Shown here: piece after piece, positions 1-8,018 of the stretch
How the letters are laid out: each line of letters starts with the position of its first letter
Position numbering within the stretch: the first letter of the stretch is position 1
Origin: an uncultured Candidatus Saccharibacteria bacterium
GTDB lineage: Bacteria; Patescibacteriota; UBA1384; VFKW01
Assembly: GCA_964482785.1 (NCBI GenBank)
Contig: CAYZYR010000001.1
Span: 1-61,105 of the forward strand
DNA: 61,105 nt
Direction: 5' to 3'
The notes under the pieces: generated by a model
Seen by the model: only the letters and a program-made list of their open reading frames with translations
Databases searched by the model: none
Told to the model about the DNA's origin: nothing
Translations under genes and position numbers: made by a program

Positions 1-2
1 TA

Positions 3-269
3 CTCGAACAGTTGGTAAAGTTAATGAACACAATTCCAATTAATAATCTACGAGCGCAAACAAAGCTAAAAGAGGAAATGGAAAGATATCGAAAATTCAC
101 TGAGACCATTCTGCTGCAAAAAGATAAAAACTCTGAAGTGCCAAAAGTCGATCTCCGCAGCTTTGCCAAATATGTATTAAGGGAGGGGAGTCGCGATGAA
201 AAACGTGAGATAATAAACTGTATTGGAACGACAATTTACTTGAAGGATAGAAAGATTTATCTAAAGTAG
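3..269 (+). CDS. C-terminal fragment of a protein whose start lies upstream of the window; function unknown (tail only loosely recombinase-like)
   Basis: Frame 3 is open from the window edge (LEQLVKLMNT...) to TAA at 267-269. The charged coiled-coil-like segment followed by ...IINCIGTTIYLKDRKIYLK recalls C-termini of large serine recombinases, but no catalytic motif is visible. Confidence 0.4.
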   Translation, partial: LEQLVKLMNTIPINNLRAQTKLKEEMERYRKFTETILLQKDKNSEVPKVDLRSFAKYVLREGSRDEKREIINCIGTTIYLKDRKIYLK

Positions 270-297
270 ATTTTCTAATTAACACACCAACATTATC

Positions 298-846
298 TTA
301 TTTGAGAAATATGGTTGATGGGTAATAATTGCTGATTTTATCAATACCATCAATTTTCAGATTTGAAAAATACCAAAAATCATTATCAGTTAAACAAGAT
401 CCAATATCTTTCTCAATATTGCAAGTAATATTGGGACTAGTCGGAATAATTTTAACGTCTGAATTAGTGTTTATAAATTTGAAATACAAGTTTCTATAGC
501 AAAATACACCTCTTCCACGAAGACCGAATAAGCATAGTGGAGGTGTCCGGACGATGTTTACCGAAGCATTGATACGTTTTCCCGTCTTAATGTCTTCATA
601 GCGATAAAAAGTTGCTGTGCCCTGCAATTCGTATTGTGAAGTTCGCTCAAAGAAATGATTTGGTTTTTCATTCCCAAAGAAGTTGCGGATAGGATAAAAG
701 ATCAACAACAGCACAACGGATATCAAGAGTATAAATTTGTTAACCGTATTCTTATCTTTAAAGTAAATAACAATTGCAAAAAATACTACCCAGATGAGCA
801 GAATTGATAGTTCATCGAGATGAAGATAATAATAGATATCTTGCAT
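298..846 (-). CDS. hypothetical membrane protein
   Basis: 182-aa ORF with two N-terminal hydrophobic helices. No recognisable motif and a weak RBS. Confidence 0.45.
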   Translation of the reverse strand: MQDIYYYLHLDELSILLIWVVFFAIVIYFKDKNTVNKFILLISVVLLLIFYPIRNFFGNEKPNHFFERTSQYELQGTATFYRYEDIKTGKRINASVNIVRTPPLCLFGLRGRGVFCYRNLYFKFINTNSDVKIIPTSPNITCNIEKDIGSCLTDNDFWYFSNLKIDGIDKISNYYPSTIFLK

Positions 847-873
847 AGTCGCTAAGGCTTTTACTTCAAATTA

Positions 874-2253
874 TTATTTTATTGAATTAATAAATCGGTT
901 ATAAACCTCTAGGTCTTGAGTTTTGAAAGCAATATCACCTGTGTTAAGAGTTGTTAGATAATACTCGCCATTTATTTTTAGCTCGGAGATTACTGATAGT
1001 GTATATACTTTATTTAAATTGTCATATGGGCTTGTCGAATACTGTCTGCTGATTTTTGGATTATTTAAATTAATTGTTGTAGCCTTAGCATCTGGATGAT
1101 ATTGTTTTTCAGATTGTATTTGGTAATCATATACTGAAGTGTTCTTCGCATGCTTTGCAGAAAACCCTATTGAGGTGAAATGGCTGCTATGATCTTTACT
1201 GCATGTAGCCATAAAATTATTTGACTTTGCGCCAGCGAAATTTGCAGAAGCTGAGTCAGTAAAATCTTTAGGGATACTGACCACAAAGGTTCCGCTGGTA
1301 CTAATCGTCTTTGAATATGTAATTGTTATGTTTTGCCACTCGCCTTTGCCATCACATGGAGTAACAGCATTTTGATTAGTTTGTGTTTGGGCAACTGGTA
1401 CAGCAGGAACAGGGGAGCTTGTAGTCGGGGTAGATTTGGATGCCTGATAACCATAATCAAAATCAAGTGTCTTTAACAACTTAATTAACTGACTTGCTGA
1501 AAAAGACTTTTCGTAAGTTACAATATTTACTACTCCGTTGGGTTGATCATAGAACAACTGGAGTCCACTAGGCGATGAGTTTGTAACAAATTCGGTTTTA
1601 TAAATCGCCCCCTTGTGCCCATCGTACTCAAATTCTTTAACCAAAGAAGTTTTTTGAGAACTGTTTTGTTGCTGATATTCTTTTATCTTAGAATCGTAAG
1701 TAGTATATTTAGTATTGTAGTCTTGATAGAAACCAACCATATCAACACCGCCAACAGTACCGCTTTTTTCAATTGAGAAATTATAAGTACAATTAAATTT
1801 TCCTATATTGTGTTCTGTTAAGAAATATTTATTAGGAATCATGCCGTTCGTTTTATCAGTAACCAGGCATAGCTTATCAATTTTTCTTGTGACCTTATTT
1901 TTAAATATAAAAAGGTAATAACCAGCCCCTCCAATTAGAAGGATTGTGATTAGTAAGATGATAATTACTGGGGATTTTTTCTTTGTCGAATCACCAATTT
2001 CACCATTATTATTAAGAGTTTGACTGGAAGTGTCATCTGAAATAGAAGGATTTGGATAAATTGAATTAATATTAGAATTTATGGGTGGTGGAATCGTCTG
2101 ATTATTCTCAGATTGTTGAGTTGATAATCGATCGGTAGGCGGATTGCCAATATCCCCACTTTGTCCTAGATTGGCACCTGCAGATACATTTGATGAATTA
2201 TCCTGCATAGTTTCACCTGTTTGTTGTTGTATTGGTAAATCTTCTTCTGGCAT
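874..2253 (-). CDS. hypothetical membrane-anchored protein with low-complexity N-terminus
   Basis: 459-aa ORF with a strong RBS (AGGGAGGG upstream of the ATG on the minus strand). It has an S/N/Q/P-rich N-terminal region, one TM helix (VIIILLITILLIGGAGYYLFIF), then a ~330-aa extracytoplasmic part. Confidence 0.6.
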   Translation of the reverse strand: MPEEDLPIQQQTGETMQDNSSNVSAGANLGQSGDIGNPPTDRLSTQQSENNQTIPPPINSNINSIYPNPSISDDTSSQTLNNNGEIGDSTKKKSPVIIILLITILLIGGAGYYLFIFKNKVTRKIDKLCLVTDKTNGMIPNKYFLTEHNIGKFNCTYNFSIEKSGTVGGVDMVGFYQDYNTKYTTYDSKIKEYQQQNSSQKTSLVKEFEYDGHKGAIYKTEFVTNSSPSGLQLFYDQPNGVVNIVTYEKSFSASQLIKLLKTLDFDYGYQASKSTPTTSSPVPAVPVAQTQTNQNAVTPCDGKGEWQNITITYSKTISTSGTFVVSIPKDFTDSASANFAGAKSNNFMATCSKDHSSHFTSIGFSAKHAKNTSVYDYQIQSEKQYHPDAKATTINLNNPKISRQYSTSPYDNLNKVYTLSVISELKINGEYYLTTLNTGDIAFKTQDLEVYNRFINSIK

Positions 2254-2289
2254 TTTCCCTCCCTTTATTTTTTCATATTGTCGATTAGT

Positions 2290-2625
2290 CTAAGTTGATA
2301 AAGTTATTAAACTGAAAGTATGCGCAAAATAATACAAAATAATTGTTAATAGGCAAAATACAATTCCTAGGGCTGCTTTTTGTTTTGATGTTTTTCTTTT
2401 GTGGGCTACGGCTAATTCGATAAGTGAACTTACAATTCCAAGTAGTAAAAATATTAGCATAGCCGGAAAAGATACTAATAAGATATTAACCGATCCTGCT
2501 TGACATACTCCAATAAAAATAAGAAGACAAATTAATGAGATCAGTCCAAAAATATATCCAAACCTTGAAGGCTGTGGTTGAGGGGATTGGCCTTCCTCAG
2601 ATTGATTTAATCTTAAATTATCCAT
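2290..2625 (-). CDS. small multi-pass membrane protein, unknown function
   Basis: The ORF track starts at TTG 2643. The ATG at 2625 (MDNLRLNQ...) has AAAGGGG about 9 nt upstream. Three hydrophobic helices. Confidence 0.5.
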   Translation of the reverse strand: MDNLRLNQSEEGQSPQPQPSRFGYIFGLISLICLLIFIGVCQAGSVNILLVSFPAMLIFLLLGIVSSLIELAVAHKRKTSKQKAALGIVFCLLTIILYYFAHTFSLITLST

Positions 2626-2702
2626 TGATAATACCCCTTTCAATTATACACTAAACTTTTTACCTACACCAAAAACCCTAAGATTTGTAAGATTTAAACT
2701 GA

Positions 2703-3266
2703 CTATTCAACAATACCCTTGCCTCGTAAGAATTCTTCTGGATCATCAATGCCATTTTCAATTAGAAGCGTGAAAGAATAGCCGAGAGCGTCGGCGAATT
2801 CCATACCCTCAAGTTCCAAACAATCTTCTTCGGGCAAAACTTCACGGCAAGCATTAGCCAGGTCTGTCGAAGAAGGTTCGCCCTCCATCTTAGATTCGGT
2901 GGCCAGATTGCCTAAATCTTCGGGAAAGAGAATAAACGGCTTACTACTATCTACATCACCTAGATCAATCGTTATCACCTCGCCAGAGCTGCTGACGAAC
3001 TCTATGTAACCAAGAGTCTCAAACTCATTAGGGCTGATGACTATAGCCTGATTCATAAGATCGGCACGAGAAATTGGTGTGCCCATCTCTTGGAGATAGG
3101 AAAGGTAGTTTACCTCATAGTCGATTGGATCTATTTCGCCAGCCTCTCTGCGACGCATAAGCTCTTGGTATTGGGCACTAGTCAGATCTACATTTTCGAC
3201 TTGGGGTCCCTCTACGAGCTTGCGAAATTGTTCAGGAATCGAATCATCGTTATTCTCAAATTCCAT
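2703..3266 (-). CDS. acidic hypothetical protein
   Basis: 187-aa ORF with RBS AAAGGAGG upstream of the ATG. Very D/E-rich, with no TM segment and no recognised motif. Confidence 0.55.
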   Translation of the reverse strand: MEFENNDDSIPEQFRKLVEGPQVENVDLTSAQYQELMRRREAGEIDPIDYEVNYLSYLQEMGTPISRADLMNQAIVISPNEFETLGYIEFVSSSGEVITIDLGDVDSSKPFILFPEDLGNLATESKMEGEPSSTDLANACREVLPEEDCLELEGMEFADALGYSFTLLIENGIDDPEEFLRGKGIVE

Positions 3267-3349
3267 AGTTGCCTCCTTTTATGTTCTCTCAACCATAGTT
3301 TATCACTTTCAATCATTAAATTCATCTTTCTCAAACTGGTCAATTTCCA

Positions 3350-3477
3350 TTGACAAAACAGGTTGTTATATGGTATAGTACTACTTAACTTGGGTGTAGG
3401 CCCCGACCTGGAGAGGTATCGTAAAACATACTTGTCTCTTTGCACTGCTAAAGCGAAGACGACGAAAGGTCATTAAC
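3350..3477 (+). promoter_or_regulatory. sigma70-like promoter plus ~100-nt conserved 5' leader of the orphan gene 3478-4023
   Basis: TTGACA (3350-3355), an 18-nt spacer, then TATAGT (3374-3379). The following leader (CTTGGG..GCCCCGACCTGG.GAG...AAAACATA...AGGTCATTAACAT) recurs at 51948-52070. GACCU in the leader can pair with AGGUC overlapping the weak RBS in both copies. Confidence 0.55.
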
Positions 3478-4023
3478 ATGGCACGAATCAGAAAACTTGG
3501 AGAACTCGACTATCCGGACCCTGAAATATGGGGCGATATCGGCAAACTCCCTTTTCGAACTGACAAGGAAGGGGACTCGTATACTGTAAGCATGGTGCTG
3601 AGATTGGATCAACCAATCATTGTGCCAAAACAGGTCATCGACCTGAAGCGAGCTGATATGAGAATCGTCCATCGAGAAGTCATGGGTGATACCACTTCCA
3701 TCTCGACATCGGAAGTGATCAACCATTTAGGTGGCGTGGTCACTGCGGATGGTTACGATATTCTCGATTGTCCTGACCACTGGCCAGCTGTCATATCGCT
3801 GATGCCACAGGAACTTCTCTTGGCAATAAGTAGCCAGCAGCGGCTGAGGGCCAGTATTTCGCTTCGCGCCATGCCGAGCGACAATACTAGTACAACACAT
3901 CTCATGATTTGCCTCCACCAGCTCGATCGGATCGGCTTCCCTGATCGCTTCTTGCAGGCGTTTGCCCGTAAGCTCAACAAGTGGCTTGGGATAGCTCGAA
4001 TGGAGCTTGAAGGGGCGAGTTAA
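3478..4023 (+). CDS. orphan protein, family A (intact copy; decayed paralog at 52069-52623)
   Basis: 181-aa ORF that is visibly GC-richer than its neighbours. It has its own promoter, leader and terminator. The C-terminus FARKLNKWLGIARMELEGAS matches FACKLNKWLAQARHQLAQSSS of the second copy. Confidence 0.7.
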   Translation: MARIRKLGELDYPDPEIWGDIGKLPFRTDKEGDSYTVSMVLRLDQPIIVPKQVIDLKRADMRIVHREVMGDTTSISTSEVINHLGGVVTADGYDILDCPDHWPAVISLMPQELLLAISSQQRLRASISLRAMPSDNTSTTHLMICLHQLDRIGFPDRFLQAFARKLNKWLGIARMELEGAS

Positions 4024-4042
4024 GTTCATTCCTTTCCTTTTA

Positions 4043-4072
4043 GGGCGGGAGATTAGTTTCTCGCCCTTTTAT
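4043..4072 (+). terminator. rho-independent terminator of 3478-4023
   Basis: GGGCGGGAGA...TCTCGCCC hairpin followed by TTTTATT. Confidence 0.6.
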
Positions 4073-4137
4073 TATGCATTTAAAATGGCTTGATCGTGAA
4101 CCTTTTCGGTTCGATATTCCGATCGCTGGTGACAATC

Positions 4138-4168
4138 AAAAAGTCCGAACTCAATGTTCGGACTTTTT
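4138..4168. terminator. bidirectional hairpin terminator downstream of tRNA-Asn
   Basis: AAAAAGTCCGAAC-TCAAT-GTTCGGACTTTTT: a perfect 13-bp stem flanked by A and T runs. Confidence 0.6.
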
Positions 4169-4263
4169 GATTAACAGGTTAGAAACGATTGACGCGTGTC
4201 GGTCTTTGACACGATCAGAACTCTGCTCCGCGAGTAGGACTCGAACCTACAACCTAGTGGTTA

Positions 4264-4772
4264 CACTTAATCCAACTATTACTAGTGGCGTGGACTATCT
4301 CTTCGCCATATCCGTTTACGGGTTTAGGCGCTAGGCGCTTAGTCTCTGAACCTTCCCATAAAATGGGCTTGGCTGCGGATTACCCTTTGTCTGCCATCCA
4401 TTAGGGCTTCCCGTCAATTCACCTAGTTTTCACTCCGACGTTTCCATCGAAGGCTGCATAGAGTGTATTTCTCGGTGGCAATTCGAACAGAGTAAAACGC
4501 ATTTATCTAATTCTGTTTTAGCACTTTCTCAAGATCTGGTATATCCTTTTAAAGAAATACCGAAATCTTTACCAGATAAATAATGGAAATCAAGCGCTTC
4601 CATACATTTATTATAGCCACAGATGTTACACTTACCGCCTTTGTACTTGATAGCATTTTCTTTCAAGATTTTTTGTCTTGTTTTCACTGCTTTTATTAAA
4701 TACTCTCGGCAGTCGGCATATTTTCTTTGATCAATACTCATATAATAATTATATCAGATTGATAAATTCTCT
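4264..4772 (-). ncRNA. group I (IC3-like, tRNA-type) self-splicing intron carrying an HNH ORF
   Basis: - The 5' exon ends in U, which can pair with the guide GCAGCC (rc 4452-4457).
- AAUCCGCAGCCAAGCC is present (rc 4366-4381).
- UCAGAGACUA is present (rc 4340-4349).
- AAACGGAUAUGG is present.
- The terminal residue is G (rc 4264). Confidence 0.8.
4430..4741 (-). pseudogene. intron-encoded HNH homing endonuclease with an in-frame TGA
   Basis: The ORF 4529-4741 ends ...CNICGYNKCMEALDFHYLSGKDFGISLKGYTRS-TGA. The same frame continues ESAKTELDKCVLLCSNCHREIHS..., which completes the HNH motif, to the stop at 4430-4432. Confidence 0.7.
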
Positions 4773-4956
4773 ACAGCCACCCGCTCTACCATTGAGCTAT
4801 CGCGGAATATATATTGTTAAGTTTCCGCCACCCCATCAACTTCTGTGGCGGGCACGGAATAAAAAAGTACCTTTTCAAAGTGCATCAATATTTTAACATC
4901 TAACCAGTTGTCTGTAAAGATGTTTTACTGTGCAATGGCTACGATTGGGGACCGCT

Positions 4957-5817
4957 ATGAATTCATCAGAAGCAAGAGCAATTATTTCAAAACCAAACAA
5001 TTTGGAAAATTTTAAGCAATCGATAAAAAAAGACAGCCTAAATTCTCTCTACATCCTCGCCGACTTCGACCGGACTTTAACCAGAGCCTATTTTGAGGAC
5101 GAATTTATCCCTTCTGTCATTTCAATTTTAAGAAACGGCGGCTTCTTAACTCAAAAATATGCCGACCAAGCCCACGCCCTTTTTAATAAATATCACCCCA
5201 TTGGAATTGATCCCAAAATCCCCGAGTCGGACAAAAAACAAGCTATGTATGAATGGTGGATCACCCATTTCGACCTCCTCATCGACTCCAGTTTAAATAA
5301 AAAAGATATCGTCGAAGTGATAAAATCAAGTAAAATCCAGCTTCGCTATGGTGCCCAAACATTCTTCCAATTCCTCCACACTAAAAATATCCCCCTCATC
5401 ATCCTTTCTTCCGCCACACTCGGCACCGAATCAATCGGTCTCTTTTTAGAAAAAGAAGGTGTCTTAACCAATAATATTCATATTATCTCCAACTCTTTTG
5501 AATGGGATGATAATGGCTTCGCCGAACAAATCCGTGAACCGATCATCCACACTCTAAACAAAAACTAAATTCATCTCGAAGAAATGCCTTTCTATGATCA
5601 AATATCTACTCGTCGTAATGTCTTGTTAGTCGGAGATAGATTATCAGACAACAAAATGATCGAGGGGCAAGATCATAATAATATTTTAAAAATCAGTTTC
5701 TACAATGAAAAAACACCAACTCGTCTAAATGACTATCAAGAAATTTTTGATGTCGTCATAACAGGCGACGGTCCGCTCGATTTTTTAAATAACTTGCTCC
5801 AAGAATTCGATAAATAA
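4957..5817 (+). pseudogene. eukaryote-type pyrimidine 5'-nucleotidase (UMPH-1/NT5C3-like HAD) with an in-frame TAA
   Basis: - Motif I is ADFDRTLT and motif IV is LLVGDRLSD.
- The two track ORFs (4930-5568 and 5584-5817) are in the same frame, separated by TAA 5566-5568.
- The stretch across the stop aligns without a gap to my recollection of NT5C3 (IHVFNKHDG...NIILLGD). Confidence 0.7.
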
Positions 5818-5886
5818 CTTTTAGTTTCGACTTTTATCTGTTATTGTATTTATATAATAGTAGTAGCTGCAATTCGAAGGAGGGGA

Positions 5887-6459
5887 ATGTCTCGAAAACC
5901 AAATATCAAAATTGGCGTTTCTGGTTCGGCCACAAACAACTGCGCTCCAGGCGCCTATAAAAAATCGCGCCAAGTCGGTCAAGCTATAGCCAAACAAGGC
6001 GCCGTTTGCGTAACAGGGGATACTACCGGTGTCCCTCTTTATGCCGCCAGAGGATCACATTCGGCCGGAGGCATCACAGTCGGGATTTCTCCCGCCCATA
6101 GCCAAGAAGATCACGAGCGCCGCTATCGCCTTCCCTTAAACGACATGGATCTTATCATCTACACCGGTTTTGCTTATTCCGGTCGCAACCTATTATTTAT
6201 CCGATCTTGCGACGCCGTTGTTTTCATTTGCGGCCGCATCGGCACTTTAAACGAATTCACCATCGCCTTCGAAGACAAAAAACCGATCGGTATCCTTACC
6301 AAAACAGGTGGCATTACCGAGGAAATAGACAATATCCTTGACGTTGCCCAGCGCGGCCGCAAAAAAATCGTTTTTGATGACAATCCAGACCGCTTAATAA
6401 AAAAATTAATAGAATTAGTAAAACAAGATCACAGAGAAAAATATCACTCTAAAGATTAG
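5887..6459 (+). CDS. TIGR00725/LOG-family (SLOG) Rossmann-fold nucleotide-binding protein
   Basis: IGVSGSA...VTGDTTGVPLYAARGSHSAGGITVGISPA is the pattern typical of LOG / lysine-decarboxylase-like proteins. RBS is AGGAGGGG. Confidence 0.7.
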   Translation: MSRKPNIKIGVSGSATNNCAPGAYKKSRQVGQAIAKQGAVCVTGDTTGVPLYAARGSHSAGGITVGISPAHSQEDHERRYRLPLNDMDLIIYTGFAYSGRNLLFIRSCDAVVFICGRIGTLNEFTIAFEDKKPIGILTKTGGITEEIDNILDVAQRGRKKIVFDDNPDRLIKKLIELVKQDHREKYHSKD

Positions 6460-6470
6460 ATCGGAGTGTC

Positions 6471-7838
6471 ATGAAATTAAAATTCTACGGTGCTGTAAGT
6501 GAAGTCACTGGCTCTAATATATTGGTAGAAACTGAACAATCCCGCTTTTTGGTAGATTGTGGTGTTTTCCAAGGCCGGAAAATGGTCGAAGATCGAAATT
6601 ACGAACCTTTCCCCTATAACGCTCAAAGTATAAAAGCGGTTATTTTAACTCATGCTCATCTCGATCATTGTGGCCGTCTGCCTAAGCTCTATCACGCCGG
6701 CTTCAGAGGTAAAATCTACTCAACCGCTGCCACCAGAGATCTCGCTATAATGTCTCTGACTGACAGTGCCGAAATTATCGAGGAAGAGGCCTCAGAAGAT
6801 GGCCGTCTGCCTTATTTTACTCAAGACGATGTCAATCATCTTGCCCCGCTATTTGAATCAATCAACTATGGTGAAATCGTTGAAAAAATTCCCGGTGTCA
6901 AATTTCGCCTGAGGGAAGCTGGACACATTCTCGGTTCGGCTTCAATAGAAGTATGGGCAGACGGCCAAAAAGCCGTCTTCTCCGGCGATCTTGGCAATCA
7001 TCCAGTTCCCATACTCAGAGAACCCGACAAAATCGACGAGGCCGATATTGTTGTTATGGAGGGCACTTACGGTGATGCCTTTCATGAAAACCTTCAAAAT
7101 CGCAGTAAATATCTCAAAGACGCCATTCATTATATTACCGGACGCAATGGCGTTTTAATGATTCCCTGTTTTGCCATCCAACGTACTCAGGAAATACTTT
7201 ACGAGTTAGATAAGTTAATAATAGACAAACAAATAAAGTCTGATATCCCCATCTTTGTCGACAGCCCGCTTGCCATAGAAGCAACCGAGATTTTCGGTCG
7301 TTATCCCAATCTCTACGATCAGGAAGCTAAGCACATCATGCAAACAAGTGGTGATTTTCTCCATTTTAAAAATCTAAAGTTCACACCTAAAGTCGAAGAT
7401 TCCAAGTCAATCAATTTCGTAGATCCTCCTAAAATCGTTATCGCCGGTAGCGGCATGATTACCGCCGGTCGCATCACTCATCATCTAAGGAGATATATTT
7501 CAGATCCTAATAGCTATCTCCTTATCGTTGGTTATCAAGTAGAAGACTCGACCGGAAGACAGTTAGCAGACGGCTTGCGTCGTATTCATCTTTTTAGAGA
7601 AAACCACATTGTTTGTGCCCAAGTCGAGGTTGCCAGTTGTTTCTCCGCTCATGCAGACCAGAAACAGCTACTTAAATGGCTCGGCCACATCAAAGGTGCT
7701 AAGCAAGTCATCCTCAATCACGGGGAGGCCACCAAATTAACCAGTTTATCACAAGTTATCCACAGTCAGCTCAATATAAATGTCGAAGTCCCATCGACAC
7801 TTGGCCAAGCTTATGACTTTTCCACAGTTTCTGTGTAA
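6471..7838 (+). CDS. MBL-fold beta-CASP ribonuclease (CPSF/RNase J-like)
   Basis: The HAHLDHCGRLP (HxHxDH) motif and the 455-aa length match the MBL + beta-CASP + C-terminal His architecture. Confidence 0.8.
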   Translation: MKLKFYGAVSEVTGSNILVETEQSRFLVDCGVFQGRKMVEDRNYEPFPYNAQSIKAVILTHAHLDHCGRLPKLYHAGFRGKIYSTAATRDLAIMSLTDSAEIIEEEASEDGRLPYFTQDDVNHLAPLFESINYGEIVEKIPGVKFRLREAGHILGSASIEVWADGQKAVFSGDLGNHPVPILREPDKIDEADIVVMEGTYGDAFHENLQNRSKYLKDAIHYITGRNGVLMIPCFAIQRTQEILYELDKLIIDKQIKSDIPIFVDSPLAIEATEIFGRYPNLYDQEAKHIMQTSGDFLHFKNLKFTPKVEDSKSINFVDPPKIVIAGSGMITAGRITHHLRRYISDPNSYLLIVGYQVEDSTGRQLADGLRRIHLFRENHIVCAQVEVASCFSAHADQKQLLKWLGHIKGAKQVILNHGEATKLTSLSQVIHSQLNINVEVPSTLGQAYDFSTVSV

Positions 7839-7864
7839 AAGCTAAATTTAAAAAACAAACGTTA

Positions 7865-7895
7865 AAAATAGTCGGATCTCTCCGACTATTTTATT
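7865..7895 (+). terminator. rho-independent terminator
   Basis: AAAATAGTCGGA-TCTC-TCCGACTATTTT followed by a T-rich run. Confidence 0.65.
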
Positions 7896-8018
7896 TAATA
7901 AAAAGCCTTATCCAACACATTTCTTATCGCAAACCGTTTCTCCATTCACATCATCTTTTAACTATAAAACCACAGTCAATAATAACTAGACATTAAACCT
8001 GTAAACATTTCCTTGCAA

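Larger units (their letters stand above)
4226..4806 (-). tRNA. tRNA-Asn(GUU) interrupted by a group I intron (exons 4773-4806 and 4226-4263)
   Basis: The joined exons give TCCGCGATAGCTCAATGGTAGAGCGGGTGGCTGT|TAACCACTAGGTTGTAGGTTCGAGTCCTACTCGCGGAG. This is a canonical 72-nt cloverleaf with discriminator G and no encoded CCA. Confidence 0.85.

Noticed and set aside
3350-3477. The conserved leader as a retron msr/msd or a DGR template/variable repeat pair.
   Set aside because: No reverse transcriptase is in the window. The two copies differ at all base types, not only at adenines. The repeat also includes the promoter and continues into homologous coding sequence, so the two loci are simply paralogous.
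3448-4029. Minus-strand ORFs 3448-3726, 3727-4029 and 3753-3980.
   Set aside because: They are antisense to the 3478-4023 gene, which has a promoter, a leader, a terminator and a paralog. The minus ORFs have no RBS and have odd composition.
4226-4806. Alternative splice position giving tRNA-Thr (UGU or GGU) or tRNA-Tyr (GUA).
   Set aside because: Only the junction CUGU|UAA offers all three of a U-G wobble with the guide GCAGCC, a terminal intron G, and a 7-nt loop. The tRNA body (acceptor UCCGCGA, discriminator G, class I variable loop) matches Asn. It does not match bacterial Tyr (class II) or Thr.
4074-4896. Plus-strand ORFs 4074-4334 and 4678-4896.
   Set aside because: They lie antisense to the tRNA-Asn exons, the group I intron core and the HNH ORF.
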